The position numbers and the translations under genes are program-made. From Ramazzottius varieornatus (lineage: Eukaryota; Animalia; Tardigrada), in assembly GCA_001949185.1 (NCBI GenBank), contig BDGG01000002.1:1023481-1087480 (forward strand): a stretch of DNA of 64,000 bases, given 5' to 3'. Positions 23,982 through 36,280 of the stretch are shown here, one piece after another (the first letter of the stretch is position 1; the number at the start of each line of letters is the position of its first letter). The notes beneath the pieces are model-generated. The model was not told the origin of the DNA and made no database searches. It saw nothing but the letters and a program-made list of their open reading frames with translations.

Positions 23982-24996
23982 ATGACACGACTAGCTTCGC
24001 AGCTGGTTCTTCTGGCTTATGTTTCAATCAGAACGACCAACGCCGCCATCCATGCCAAGGCTGTACTTTCCGGCGCATCGCCTGTTAAAGGCACCGTCTA
24101 CTTCACTCAGGAAAGTGAAGGGCAACCAGTGATCCTGACCGGCCATTTACGCAGCCTTTCGCCAGGTACTTGAGTGCCGTCCACGGTAACGTGGTCAGCA
24201 ACCGGTCAGAAAATCAGAGGCTTCACTTTGGACCTGGACACACACTCTCGACAAGATTGTTGTCCAAAGTGGCGTACGCGTTTGGTGAGATTGGCCGGGA
24301 GCGTGCGCCACTTGGGAAAGCGATCTGGTTCGAACCAAAGGCTTACATCTAAGTTGTCCTTTTGCACCAAGTTTCTCTTGCAGGTTATCATGGATTCCAT
24401 ATCCAGTAAGGGAAAGCGTGAGAGAGCCATTATCTTACTGATGCATTGTTTTTGTTGGGTGTGGACAGTGAGTACGGCAACTTGACGAGCGGATGCGCCA
24501 GTGCAGGAGCTCATCACAATCCCGGCAGCAAAGCACATGGCGCCCCGTCGGACAGAGATCGCCACGTCGGCGACCTCGGCAACGTTTGGGCAGACAGTTT
24601 AGTCACTCGCATGGAAGCTGATTGTTTGAATCAAAAACTTGTGGAAGATCTCTGGAGGTTATTCTGATGTCTGCAGATAATGGGAACGTCCGAATCAACA
24701 TCACAGATTCAACGATATCGCTACAAGGCACCAACAGTATTATTGGGCGAACTGTGTATGCCGAAACATGAGCGGAGTTTTGACATAGTTGGTACATATA
24801 TGTCATGTATTGTTATTTTGTTTCTAGGATGGTCCATGACAAGAAGGACGACCTCGGGAAAGGCGGCGATACCGAAAGTAAAATGACGGGAAATGCTGGT
24901 GGTAGAGTGGCATGCGGTGTGGTTGGTCTACTGCCTACAGGAAGAGACTCTTTCAAGCTTTCTCTAACAGTGTTTCCCGACCATCGCAACAGATGA
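23982..24996 (+). CDS. Cu/Zn superoxide dismutase with predicted signal peptide (secreted type, 5 exons)
   Basis: Exons 23982-24165, 24384-24405, 24469-24596, 24677-24755 and 24828-24996. N-terminus [21 protein letters not shown], then [40 protein letters not shown] and [15 protein letters not shown]-glycosylation sequons NLT and NIT. Confidence 0.93.
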
Positions 24997-25225
24997 AAAA
25001 GCTCGTGCATCGAGAAATTCGAAGACGAACCACCGCTATTGTCCGATTTACTCCGCCGTCTTTGGAAAACTATGCTATGTAGACGTGCCTCATTTTCTTA
25101 ATGCATGTTCCGCATATTGCAATTTCCTTAATTGCAAGAGGTTACATTGAGGGTTTGAATGATAATGGACGAGTGAAACGATTGTTCGAGTCCTAAGTCT
25201 TATAAAAGGAAATCCGAACTGAAGA

Positions 25226-26130
25226 TTAGTTATTCGAAGGGCACGGTCCGGCAAGTTGTCCGGCAATGGTATCCCCAAAGCCAAGGTCATGGATTTGTAT
25301 GCTGAAATCCTTCAGTATTCTTACTAGAGGCGAACCTGTAACACAAATATGTACAAGCAGAGTCTTTGCTATTCCATGTATATCGAACGACAACAAAAAC
25401 TTACCTCGTTTGACAGCCATTGCTTGCCACGAGCGGGCCAGATTGTCGCTTGTAAATGTGACCTTATCCTGAACCTTTTGTTGCTCGACATCCACAAACG
25501 GATTGTCCGCCACGTATACGACGTTCCCGCCATTGGCCACCCTTTTTATTCCCTCTTCGTAGCTTGCCACAATGCTGTCAGGAAGACGGGACTGAATGCT
25601 AGACCAGATTTTCTGGACCAATGGACTGAAGGTAGCGTTCTGAAAGAAGAGAACATCAATGGAGAAAAGCTGTTTGCCTTGTAGCCCGATGTTGTTGGCA
25701 GATCTTACCCTTAGAAACGTTTGCATTTCCGGTTTATTGATCGTGATGTATTTGGCGCTTGCAGGATTGTAGTCAGCATTCTTAGCGATACGGTATACGC
25801 TTATCAGAGGATCCAAGTGAAGTCCACCGCCAATGACCGATTGTATGCTTTCGTCAATGCCCAGGCTTGGATGTCAGCTGCCTGAAAGAATTAAGAACCC
25901 CATTGGATGATATGCGAATCAGACTTGTAAATACTCTTTGGATACTCATTGAACAGTCCATACATACAGACTTGGCCCGAGCAGGTCTCGCTCATTACCG
26001 ATGACTATGGCAATTTTCTGACAGGCGAGGAACCACACCTGTTGTTGGGCTGGTCAATGACTTGAAGGTGTCCGGACAGCGACTGTCCAAGAGCGATCGG
26101 ATCTTTTCGCCACCATTTGGGCTTACAAGA
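25226..26130 (-). pseudogene. TM-less iGluR/IR-type ligand-binding-domain gene, disrupted copy
   Basis: S1-like AADIQAWALTKAYNRSLAVDFT is followed by a 1-nt deletion, then S2-like QKIWSSIQSRLPDSIVASYEEGIKRVANGGNVVYVAD...QAMAVKRGSPL...GPCPSNN*. The upstream exon (QPNNRCGS) contains a stop. Confidence 0.7.
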
Positions 26131-26228
26131 GTATTGGTGTTGATGTCTGCTGCGTTCCGATGGTTATAGTCAAAAAAATTTACTATCTTTCCTTATTCGT
26201 TAAGCTCGTTGATGTTTTGGAGGTTACA

Positions 26229-27413
26229 ATGGAAGTGCCATTTTTACTGATGACGCTAACATGTCTTGCTGGGATCCACGGGTCCCAGGCTGCAAATGCG
26301 ACGAGGAAGTACAAAATACGAAGTATACTAGTAAGTCAGTAGTCCGAGGTCTGACCACTGGTGTTGAAACTGTAACCGATCCAAACACGTGCACAGCCCG
26401 TTGTTGATTTATAATACCTATTTTCTTAGTCACCACCGCTTGTCATCGGACCGGACGCACAAGGTCAGTATAGCGGCTATATCATCGATGTTTTAAACGG
26501 CCTGAAGAACGATGGTGCCAACGACTTTGACTGGGAACTGTCAGCCAGACCCGATAACGTCTGCGGAGACCACTTTGCCAACGGGACCATAAACGTGCTC
26601 ATGTACGATGTTTACAGTGGGATGAGCACAAGCCCTTCTTGGCACATTGTGAAGGATGATTTAATACCAACCTTGTACGTATGCCTGTATCATTCCTGTG
26701 TACGTAACAGCAATACGACATCGCCGTGAGTGAACTAGCGGTGACTCGGAACCGCTCCGAAGTCGTGGACTTCGCCCAGCAAGTGTTTGCAACCGGTGCG
26801 CGAGTAGCGGTCAACAGGAACTACAACAACGAGACAGCACAGTATTTCGTGATCCCTGCAGAAGGTTTGATCGACTACTTCAATGTACGTAGAGTCACAG
26901 AGTACTTTCTGAACCCTCGTGCAACAGTTTGATGTCTCCCCGTTTGACAGAAAACAAAGTTTCCTCCGGCTGCGCCAATCAGCAAAAGCATCCAAGCCAA
27001 CCTGCCGGCAAGCATTCTAGACAATGAGTCCAAAATCTCCGCGGTGGTACGGCGTTTGGTCAACGGAGACAATATTGCTCTGGTTGGAAACCGTGCTCCT
27101 TTGGCAGAGGCAATTGATGCCCATACGGACACTATCTTCATCGAACCTGGATTCTTCCGCGGTCAATTCTACGCATTCGCAGTTAAACTTGGTACGTGAC
27201 GTTCAGCCAAGTTGAACGGATGCGATAAATTCATCCACTGTATGACAGCTAGATTGAGCTTCGTCTCAGCTAAAAGTTTCATTGAGCCTTGGTTTGAACT
27301 GGACACTACACTGTATCTACACGTGACAGTTTTTTTCAGGCTCGGATCTGGGGCGATTCTTGTCGCTGAAAATTCACAAACTTTACGAAAACGGATTCAT
27401 GGCAACTATATAA
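26229..27413 (+). CDS. Secreted, TM-less iGluR/IR-type ligand-binding-domain protein (possibly a recent pseudogene)
   Basis: Exons 26229-26330, 26430-26621, 26711-26884, 26951-27191 and 27340-27413. Signal MEVPFLLMTLTCLAGIHGSQA, then SPPLV..GQYSGYIIDVLNGL, YDIAVSELAVTRNRSEVVDF, YAFAVKLGSDL and KIHKLYENGFM. The exon-2 donor reads ATGAGC instead of GTGAGC. Confidence 0.7.
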
Positions 27414-27531
27414 TAATAACCTTTATTGTCCGAATGCTCTGCCAGGCTAAGCGCTTAGGGGACAAAATTTGACAGAAAAATGGCAAGAGAGCCGTGGAGA
27501 AAAAGAGAGCTGCTGTACAAAAATAAAACAA

Positions 27532-29100
27532 CTATACAACCAACAGAGGATCGATAAAATCCTTGCACCACTTCAGGTTTGAAAATTTAAAGTTCAACAA
27601 GTAGTTCTTAAAAGCGCCAAGAGTGAGCAACTGACCAGGACTAGGGCTAAAAAGTGGATCTTTGAGAATCTCTGCAGCAACGTAGGCGAAGGAGGCGATA
27701 GTGGAGTCAAACAGCTTGCACGATGCTGGAGCAAAGCTGACAGGTGACAGGAGGAAATCTTTGGACTGGCTCCTGGTGGTCCTTCCGGGCATTTCTCTTT
27801 TCATGATGAGGTCGCCACCTGCCAACATGCCTTTCCAGATCTTGTAAGTATTTAACAGAATACCTTCTAGTCTTCTTTGCCATGAAGGATGCCCCCCAGT
27901 CTCGCCGAGATGTTGCCGGTATTGCGCGAAGTCTGCATCGTGTCTTTCGTTAACTTCCAAGCAACCCAGGCGAATACTCTGCAGGAATTTATTTTGGATG
28001 TTCTCAAGCTTCTTTTGTAGCCCTTTCCCGGTGGTGTCATGATGATGAAGCATAGTCCATTACTGATCGAACTAAGCTCTTGAATAGAAGCTGCTTGACC
28101 ATACCGAAACGACGAGGGAAAAAGGCTTTGATGGAGTAAAGTCTTTTTCTGCATTTGGCTACAACCTTGTCCACTTGACCTGCCCAGTCCATTCGGCTCG
28201 CGATCGTCACACCTAGGCACTCGGCTTCGGCTTCGGTCGGGATGAGCACTGCATTGAAGCTGTAGTTACCAGCTGGAATGGCAGTCTTTTTTATCTTATT
28301 AGAGATGCGGAGATGCTGCGATTTTTGGGGCTTGATCTCGAGTCCAACCTCGGAACACCACTTTGCCAAGTTGTTCAGGTCTTCCTGCAAAGCATGGCAG
28401 TCTTCTTCACCACTCACCTTCCTGTACAGGACGATGTCATCTGCGTACTGTAGTACTCTTGACTCGAAAGCTCCCGAGAGGCCATTTACCTCAACAGTGA
28501 AGAAGGTAGGCCCCAGGATGGAACCCTGAGGTACTCCAGACTTCACTGCTATCTCTTCTGAAAAGAAACCATCTACCATCACTCTCTGATTTCTATCCTT
28601 CAAGTAGTCAGAAAAAAGCGCCAGGAGGTGTTCATCCACGCCATGCTTCTGGAGACTAGTGACTACGACGTCATGCGGTAGTCTGTCGAAGGCCTTGGTA
28701 CAATCGAGAAAGATGACGTCCGCTTCTTTCCTCTCCAGAAGGACCTGCGAGAACTGATGACACATCTGCAAGAGCTGCATCTCCGTGGAGCGCTGACGCC
28801 TAAAACCAAACTGAGAATCAGAGTACAGCTTGTTGCTATCGAGGAAGTGGGTGACATGGTCGGCAAGAATTTTTTCGAAGAGCTCTGAGAGGGGAGGCAG
28901 GAGCGATATTGGGCGGAAGGCGGAGCCACCTTTCTTCGGAACGGCAACGACGTCTGTCATCTTCCAGGCTGTGGGAAACTTTCCAGACAGAAGGATCAGG
29001 TTGAAGAGTCTCGAGAGAGGGTAGATGATGGTCGTACCTGCAATCTTAAAAAGATGGTTTGTAATGAGAGAGGATCCAGCTGCTTTCGGGCGTCCAGCTT
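27532..29100 (-). mobile_element. 5'-truncated non-LTR retrotransposon (CR1/L2-like LINE), RT domain
   Basis: FRPISLLP, QFGFR, FLDCTKAFD, SGVPQGSILGP, YADD, CLGV and LFKSLVRSVMDY. A frameshift lies near 28050. No endonuclease domain is present. Confidence 0.9.
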
Positions 29101-30148
29101 GCGGATGATGCTGAGGACAGACTCTTCCCGCTTGATTGTACTGGAGCTCCAATACCAAGACCGAGCTACTAGTTATAGCACGGTTCCATATTGAATTCCG
29201 TGCTTTGAGGTCTACAATTCTGAATTGTAATCCATCCTTTCGATTCTGTTCATCAATTACTGTTTGGTGCTGTAGTTGTGTGACTCGGACAAACCCACGC
29301 CATACTTTTCTGTTTGTCTTTGTCAGAGCTAGTTTTTAGAACGTTTTGAAACTTTAAGAACAAAGTTAAACCAACAAGACAGTCACGTAAGACAAGTATT
29401 CAGGAACCTGATTCTGAAATTTATTTACTCTTTTTGAGCACTGGGCAGACATCTTTGCGTCCGGAAAGTCTAGACAGGTGCGAGGAGACGGAAGCCTTCA
29501 ACCAGGACTTCCGGTTACGAGGAGAGTTTTGGAGGAACCGCCGCACACGCGGACCGCGCCGGTAACCGGTTGCACATAGCGTGAGAAAAAAGGAAGCCTG
29601 ATAATTACACAACATACTATGTACATATCGATCAATTCAGACTTGGACAACTGAATTATCATAAGAGGAAGGTCCGGCAGCATGCGTAACCGGAGAATAA
29701 TATAGACGGAGAACACAGCGAGGCTGCACGCAAGTCAAAGAGGGCCGTGGCGGGGCTCGCACGTCTCACTTTGCGAGAAAGGAAGTTTGCCCTTCCGGTC
29801 CTTGATGGAGGCTCCCAGTCAAGTGCGCCAGTTCGTCCAAAATGTATTCACCCTTTTTCCTCTCGGTACTTCGTGCGAAGCCAAAAAGGTGAAGCCGAAA
29901 AAGGAATCTGCCTAGAACGGATTCCAAAGTGGCGCACGCTATCGACCGACACAGCCGATAATGTGCGCCACTTGGAAAAACATTCGAACTCGAGGCTCGA
30001 GCTTGTAAGCGTTTAGGGGGAAACTGTTGTCACCCAGTAGAACCTAAAATTTTTATTAGCACCCACTGAAATTATCGTCGAAGCCCACTTTAGTTATTGC
30101 TACAGTATGGCTATTAGTTTTTGCTTTATTAGGAATGGTTATTTCTAA

Positions 30149-30708
30149 CGTAGTGACTGGGTGCACGGCTTGCCACTGCCTTTTCTCCGTGCACTGCCCG
30201 CGACACTCCCTTTTACTCGGTTCACTGCTTTTACACTGCTTTGGCTAGGTGCAAGGCCTTGATACGACCTTAACAACATAGTGATCTCGAAGGTTGTCGG
30301 CGCGAGAAAGCAGACATTTTTTACGGACTAGATGCGCCATGTTGAGAGTGATAGCTAAACAGCGAGAGTTTACCGAGGAAGTGTTGGAGCAGAGAATGCT
30401 TTGCTTGATGGTCTTCTTCGTATAAAATATGGCGAACCCGAACTAAGTCCAAAGGACAATTAAGTTAATGCGGCACTTCACTTCCGAGCCCTGGATGCTG
30501 TGTCGTCATTTACACTACGCATATTTCTACTCCGTAAACATGCCTGCTTCCGTGGGCAGACAACGTTTGAAATCAATATGTTTTGGAAGTCGTATGCAGG
30601 CCGTACACCTAGCCAAAAAGCAGTGTAAGAAGCAGTGCACCCACAGTAGTAGAAGGGAGTGTCGCGGGCAGTGCACGGAGAAAAGGCAGTGGCCGCCGAA
30701 ACCCTGTA
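30149..30708. mobile_element. Fold-back element made of two inverted copies of the 240-bp repeat
   Basis: 30149-~30385 is the reverse complement of the unit and 30471-30708 is the forward unit, with an ~85-bp spacer. No TSD was found. Confidence 0.7.
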
Positions 30709-32545
30709 ACCCGGAAGAAGGAAACCTGTCGGCGAATCCGAAGTTTCTTTGAGTGAAGTTACCAAGATGCTTGGGATGGGCTGGTTCGAGTCGGTGTTGT
30801 CTAGTTTACTCCCGAGGTTTCCCGAGGCGATCTCTGGTCTTCGCAGAATCATTCAATTCCTGGAACTTTCTTTTTAGCGTCGAAGTGGAGGCTTCAGTTC
30901 TAACCAGATTAGCTTTCGTCCTGGAAAACTGGCGGAAACTGGTCAAGATGCCGACTGAGAAACGCAGTATAAAAATATCCTTTATTAAGTTCAAGTTGGA
31001 ATGCCGAGTCAGCCTACAGCGCTTCTACTGTATAACCGATCTGATAAAGGGTGGAAGAGCGCGAAAAGAAAGCGGATTAATTTCACTCTAGACAGCTAGT
31101 AGATAGGCAATCAAGCGAAGCGCTTGGTGCTTGATCGAGACAGGCAGGTGAAGAACAGCTGGGTGTGGGTAAAGTCTATCTTTCACGTCACATAGCTGAG
31201 CCGTTCACTGGCAAGCGTTTATTGACTTGATTACAAAATTAGTTGATCGAAACACGAGAATGAAAAATAATTCAGAATACCGCATTGCTGTAAACAAAGA
31301 ATCACGGTCGTCTCGTGATATCCCAACAGAAAATCCACTGTGAAATCGTCGGGACGATTAGAGAGCCACGAAAGAAAACAAGGCTTTGTATGCCTAACTA
31401 GGAGGAGGAGAAGTTTCCTGAGCGTTTAAACGTCACCAGCTCGCTAACCGAGCCAGTTTGGCGGTTCGGCTGTGACGTCAGGGTCACACTTACAATCCTT
31501 CCAAAACGCTACACCCAAAAGATAGGCTGAAATTGGCACTGGATCGAGACTTAGCAAACCCAAGAGCAAGACCACTGACAATAGTGACATCCGTTAAACA
31601 GACGACTGGAGGACTTGACCACATACATGGCAAAGCCCAGCTGAAGGTCATTAGTCTACAGTATGAGCATGCTTACTGTTTTTAAATCGGTGTCCGCACG
31701 GGTGGTGGAGGTCTCCAAAGTACAACAGCCCGTGGAACCTGAGGTTTTTCTGTAGTCAAGTCACGTGCACTGAGCACGGTGCTTGTGCTTGATGGATGGA
31801 CTCGAAGTGCGGAAACCTCGTAGCAATTAATTTCGGTGGGTGATATTAACCTTACTGGGTTTTAATGGGTGACGATGGGCATTTCCTATTTTTGAGTGGC
31901 GCACTTTCTCAGCCAATAACAATAGAAACGTACGCCACTTGAGACGACCGATCTGCGAGAGAAGCGCATACTGTAGTATTACTGTATCATAGAACTCACA
32001 CACTACTGGTTTTCCAGCTTCCGTAAAAAGGAACTGTGGAGGAATTTTCGCGCGGTCTTTCCACTGGCTTTCTTCTGTAATGAAAGTCTTCCACGACCAT
32101 AAATTCTGACAGTATCGATCGATATATTGAAAAACGTGATGGCTTTTTGATTAGGAGCGGAAGCCTTTAGTGATCACATTGTTAAATTAGGGCATGTAGT
32201 ACTTGAACGGGAACATTAATAAGTGAAGAGCGGTAATTTTCACACGGCGGAAAAATTGCCGGGCAGACAAGGTGCACTAACAGCTCATAAAAATATCAAA
32301 CGTGAGACAAATTTCTCGTCGATGAAAGGGCAAATCGTATGTGAAGGAAAAAAAGAATGGACAAGCATTCAAAAAACAGCAGTTGATGATCACTGTATCG
32401 ATGGAACATCAGACAGGATAAGAACGGGTTTAGCATAGTAATTACCGGGTAGCGTCTCAAAGTACTGCGTGAAACATGTGAATCGTATTTATTTCAACAC
32501 GATGGGAGCGTTACGATTACCATTGCCGTGCTGAAGGGCCTTGGC

Positions 32546-32887
32546 TTAGCCGAACCGAAGATGGCCGTAATCGGTGAAGGATGGAACTCGGCGCCCGAAG
32601 CGGAGATGGGCGTAGTCGGAACCGAAGGCAGCTGCTCGTTTGTCCTGCTGATACATCAGTGGCACATAGGGTACCGGCGACTCCATGTATGGGTCCCGAC
32701 GTCCGAAACGAAGGTGGTTGTAGTCGTTGAAACCTTTTGAGTTCCACTTCAGGTCGCGCTTCTGCAGTTCTAGGATGGGGTCTTGGCTGTCAAAGGTCAC
32801 TTTGTCCACTGGATCTGCGTGGCTTGTTGAAGCGAGGGCCATGAGACAGAAGAGCACCGCACATGACAGAGCTACTAGCGAACGCAT
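32546..32887 (-). CDS. SK: Sulfakinin (CCK/gastrin-type) neuropeptide precursor, 113 aa
   Basis: Signal MRSLVALSCAVLFCLMALASTSHA. Three dibasic-flanked, Gly-amidated peptides: ..GFNDYNHLRF-GRR, AAAFGSDYAHLRF-GRR and VPSFTDYGHLRF-G*, matching the sulfakinin core DYGH(M/L)RFamide. A 5'UTR intron spans 32908-33263. Confidence 0.92.
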   Translation of the reverse strand: MRSLVALSCAVLFCLMALASTSHADPVDKVTFDSQDPILELQKRDLKWNSKGFNDYNHLRFGRRDPYMESPVPYVPLMYQQDKRAAAFGSDYAHLRFGRRVPSFTDYGHLRFG

Positions 32888-33508
32888 CTTCCTATCTAAT
32901 ATGGGAGCTGGAAAACAAATGAACATCCCCGATATGACTTAAAAGATTTATTAAAATTTTGTACGTTGCCAAAATAGCTCGCATTTAAGACTGTATGGAA
33001 ACTCGAGTTTGTAATTTCCGGCCAATAAAATCATTGCCTGGCATAAGAAGAATCGTAACGAGAAGGTATTTTATTGAAGTTTTCGATCCTCCATCTGTAG
33101 TGATGGTATCAAGTTATCAATGAAAACATTCTGTACGATTGAAGAATGGAATCGAAAACGAGCCGCAATGTTATTTTATGGTACTCACATGAAACAACAA
33201 AGAGAAATATGTTGTTTCAGAGCGGTCACAGATGGGGAAGCTTGAGAAGGCCTAATAACTCACCTGGCTGTTGTGGAAGATGGATGAGCGGAAAATGGCT
33301 GGATAAAGGGATAGCCAATTGTAGACAAAGTGTGCAGTGTCGAAAACAGGGAGTGCTGTCAGGAAGCCCTCTAAAGCGAGTATAAGTGTGCGGATATGTC
33401 GCTTAGCAGGGCAAGCGAGTGGTAGATGCCTTTAGGGCAAGAAATTAAGTGGAAGCGGAACAGGAAGCGGACTTTGACGTTGTGAGTTCGACGATGGGTG
33501 TTCCTGCT

Positions 33509-33567
33509 CTTTATATACAAACGTCCTCGCAGAAGCTAGCCAGAAGGTTGTCATTGGGCGTGACGTT
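33509..33567 (-). promoter_or_regulatory. Sulfakinin core promoter: TATA, CCAAT and CRE half-site
   Basis: On the minus strand, TATATAAAG at ~33509-33517 and CCAAT at ~33553-33557. TGACG lies at 33561-33565. All sit upstream of a non-coding exon ending at the donor at 33263. Confidence 0.5.
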
Positions 33568-34879
33568 GATGGCACAGTACGGTTACGCTCTCAATTACAA
33601 AGCAGGCAACATATGGCGCCAAGGAATACATCTACCATCTCCCCGACCAGGCACAACAAAGCCCGCCAGGCCATTCAATTATTGAAGGATTCTTCGATCA
33701 ACACTTGATTCTTCACCAATCAGTCACGGCTCAACGCCAAGATCATTTATGCTCTTTTCCATCCACCGAAAGAACGCGACGGCGAGGAAAAGCGTAATGT
33801 AATTAAAAGTTTACGTAGGGCCGTTTTCTTACAGCAACGCTCGACAATGCGAAACAGGGCGTGGCATGCTCAGGGTAATAAGTCGTATTCTTTCACCCAC
33901 TGTTTTCGCTTCTAGATTTGATTTCCGGGGTGAGTCAGAGTTAGCTTTGTTCAATCATTACTGGCCATTCACTCTGAAAAATCTAAGCCGGGAACACAAT
34001 TACGACAGTACACTTTCGTCTTACAAGAAACAATACTTCGGACCGGAAAAGGTTGGGCGTAAAGAAGCTGATCTGTCTCATCCTCCCGTCGCCAAAGATT
34101 CTTCTTTCTAGTGATTTTCCTCTTGAAATGGGTAGATCAAGGAACGAAGCTTATGAGACCGGTACCCAAGTTGGCGCACGCTTCCATCCGAAAACACTAA
34201 CAATGTTCGCCACTGGGGAAAATAATCAGACTGGATAAGAACAATTTCAAAAGTGGCACACATGTTCAGTGTCATCGGCTGGGAGACTGCGCCACTTGGA
34301 GTGACGATACTGCACGATTTGTTTTGCCGGTCTCCGGCTGGTGAACTTGCTAAAGGTGCGGGAAACGTCAGCAGATGGGACTAGGTTACCAGCCTTCCCT
34401 GGCGTCCTCGTTTCCAAATTTGACGAATTGTAAGTCTGAGAGTTTCCAGCCGGGAGACACAGCAGAGGGCGTAGCGCGAACGTTATGCAACATCGACCTC
34501 TTGCTTGTACACGTCGTAACGCAACTGATCTGATGAAACCAACTTGCACGCCTTCTGCAATTCTCCAGAAGATTTCTGGTGGTGTTCTTGACTGGCGGAA
34601 CGGGTATACAACAACCTCGAACAAAGTCAAAAATTTCAGTCTGCCGCGTACCGAAACGTAGAACGGCTTGACATCAAAGTCGTACTTGGAAAAAAACCAT
34701 GAAACAAAAAACGACGAAAACGTTTCAAGGCGAGTGAGACTCAGCAGAACTCGCGGATCGACATTAAGAGCATTTCAGCTTAGAACAAAGGAATGGCGAC
34801 AGAAGCAGCGAAGTAGCCTTTTTTTACGTTAAGTAGAGTTCTGAGGAGGATTTTCTTTGAATGCTTCAGCCTTCTCTGG

Positions 34880-36280
34880 ATGAACTGCAGGCGAGTTCGA
34901 GAGGATGGTCCGTCGTGGACGTTCTCGGCCTCCTTCGGGCTTGAATTCTTGTGGAGCTTCTTCGGAGCTAACTGCGACTCGTAAGGCGGGTCCTCCGGCA
35001 AACACCTCTTCTTCAATCCCTTCCAGGAGGGCGGCTTATTCGTTACGATCGCGAGACGAATATGGCAGTGGCCGACAGTGGGCGCAGAGGAGCTGTCGTT
35101 CTTCGAGTTGTCAATCCCAGCCCAGTCGGGTTCTTGGTCCCTGCTCTAAAGTCCTCCACTCACGGGTCCTGCGCACGAAATCTGATTTAACTGAGCTTGG
35201 AATCAGCGTCTAATCAGGTTTTTGACCAACAAAGGCCATAAAATCGGCATAAAATCCAGGTGCAACCTGCTATCGTGAAATCAGCTTTTTTTCTGACGAA
35301 CTAGCGATCCGGCTAGGCTGGTCACCACCTCGTGGCTCATAGATGGCACGAATCCAGCAGCTGGGGTCGTGGCCTACAACCAACGAATAAAAGAGCGGTG
35401 CAATGGACCGAAGGTGGCAGATGCGAGGTCGGATATTCGTCAAGATCGCTATTTCAAATGGCGGACGCAACTAGCCGATACCGCGGTAAAACGTGCGCCA
35501 CTTGGAAATGCCGAGCTTGCCGAGCTCGCATAGGTCAGTGCTCATGGATGTCATGGAATAAGAAAGTTCCTTCGACTTGTCGTTTCAGCTGCCTTATTGG
35601 ATTTTGGTTGTTGGGTACCATCCAGGGGAGGAACTTCCAAAGAGTCAGAAGCTTCCTACAATACAGCAGCAAATTAGTATCTCACGAGTAGGTTCATCGA
35701 TATCATGGTACATGTTACGTGTGAGATTAAGAGGACAAAACTCACAGCCAAATCAGGTGGATCATTCGTCGCCGATGTTGGACCGCCAACAGCGACGTTC
35801 GCTTTCTCATCGCCATCGTGAAGAACCACTGGAAAAAACCAACCACACTGGCAGCTATGTCGACAAGGAAAGCCATGCGTACAAAAGTGATGGCGAGATA
35901 TAGCTTTTGCACTGACCTGGGAGCACCGCGATGACCTGGGTGCCCAAAGCAATAGGCTCGACAGCAACTTCCGGATCCGCGACAGCTACTTCTTGGTCAG
36001 CCATATTTCCTTCGGCTGGAGTCTGCAACAAACAGGCCCATAGTTCATGTTGCTACATCCTGTGCTCACATGTGAGTTTTGATGTCATACCCCGGTTAAG
36101 GCTTGTGATGGCTTGTTTACCGGGAGGAAGATGACTTCGGGCGACTCGTCTTTGATCTGCACAAAGAGCGGTTTCGCCTCGAAAGACAGGATCGGATCTT
36201 CGACGAACTCTTCCAGCAATTACGATGCGTTGCGGAGGTCTTTTCCACTGTTAATGTCGTAGTATTCGCCCATCTTGTCT
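34880..36280 (-). pseudogene. Decayed multi-exon gene of unknown family
   Basis: Splice-bounded coding-like segments with stops: MGEYYDINSGKDLRNAS*LLEEFVEDPILSFEAKPLFVQIKDESPEVIFLP| then |TPAEGNMADQEVAVADPEVAVEPIALG... Confidence 0.3.
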
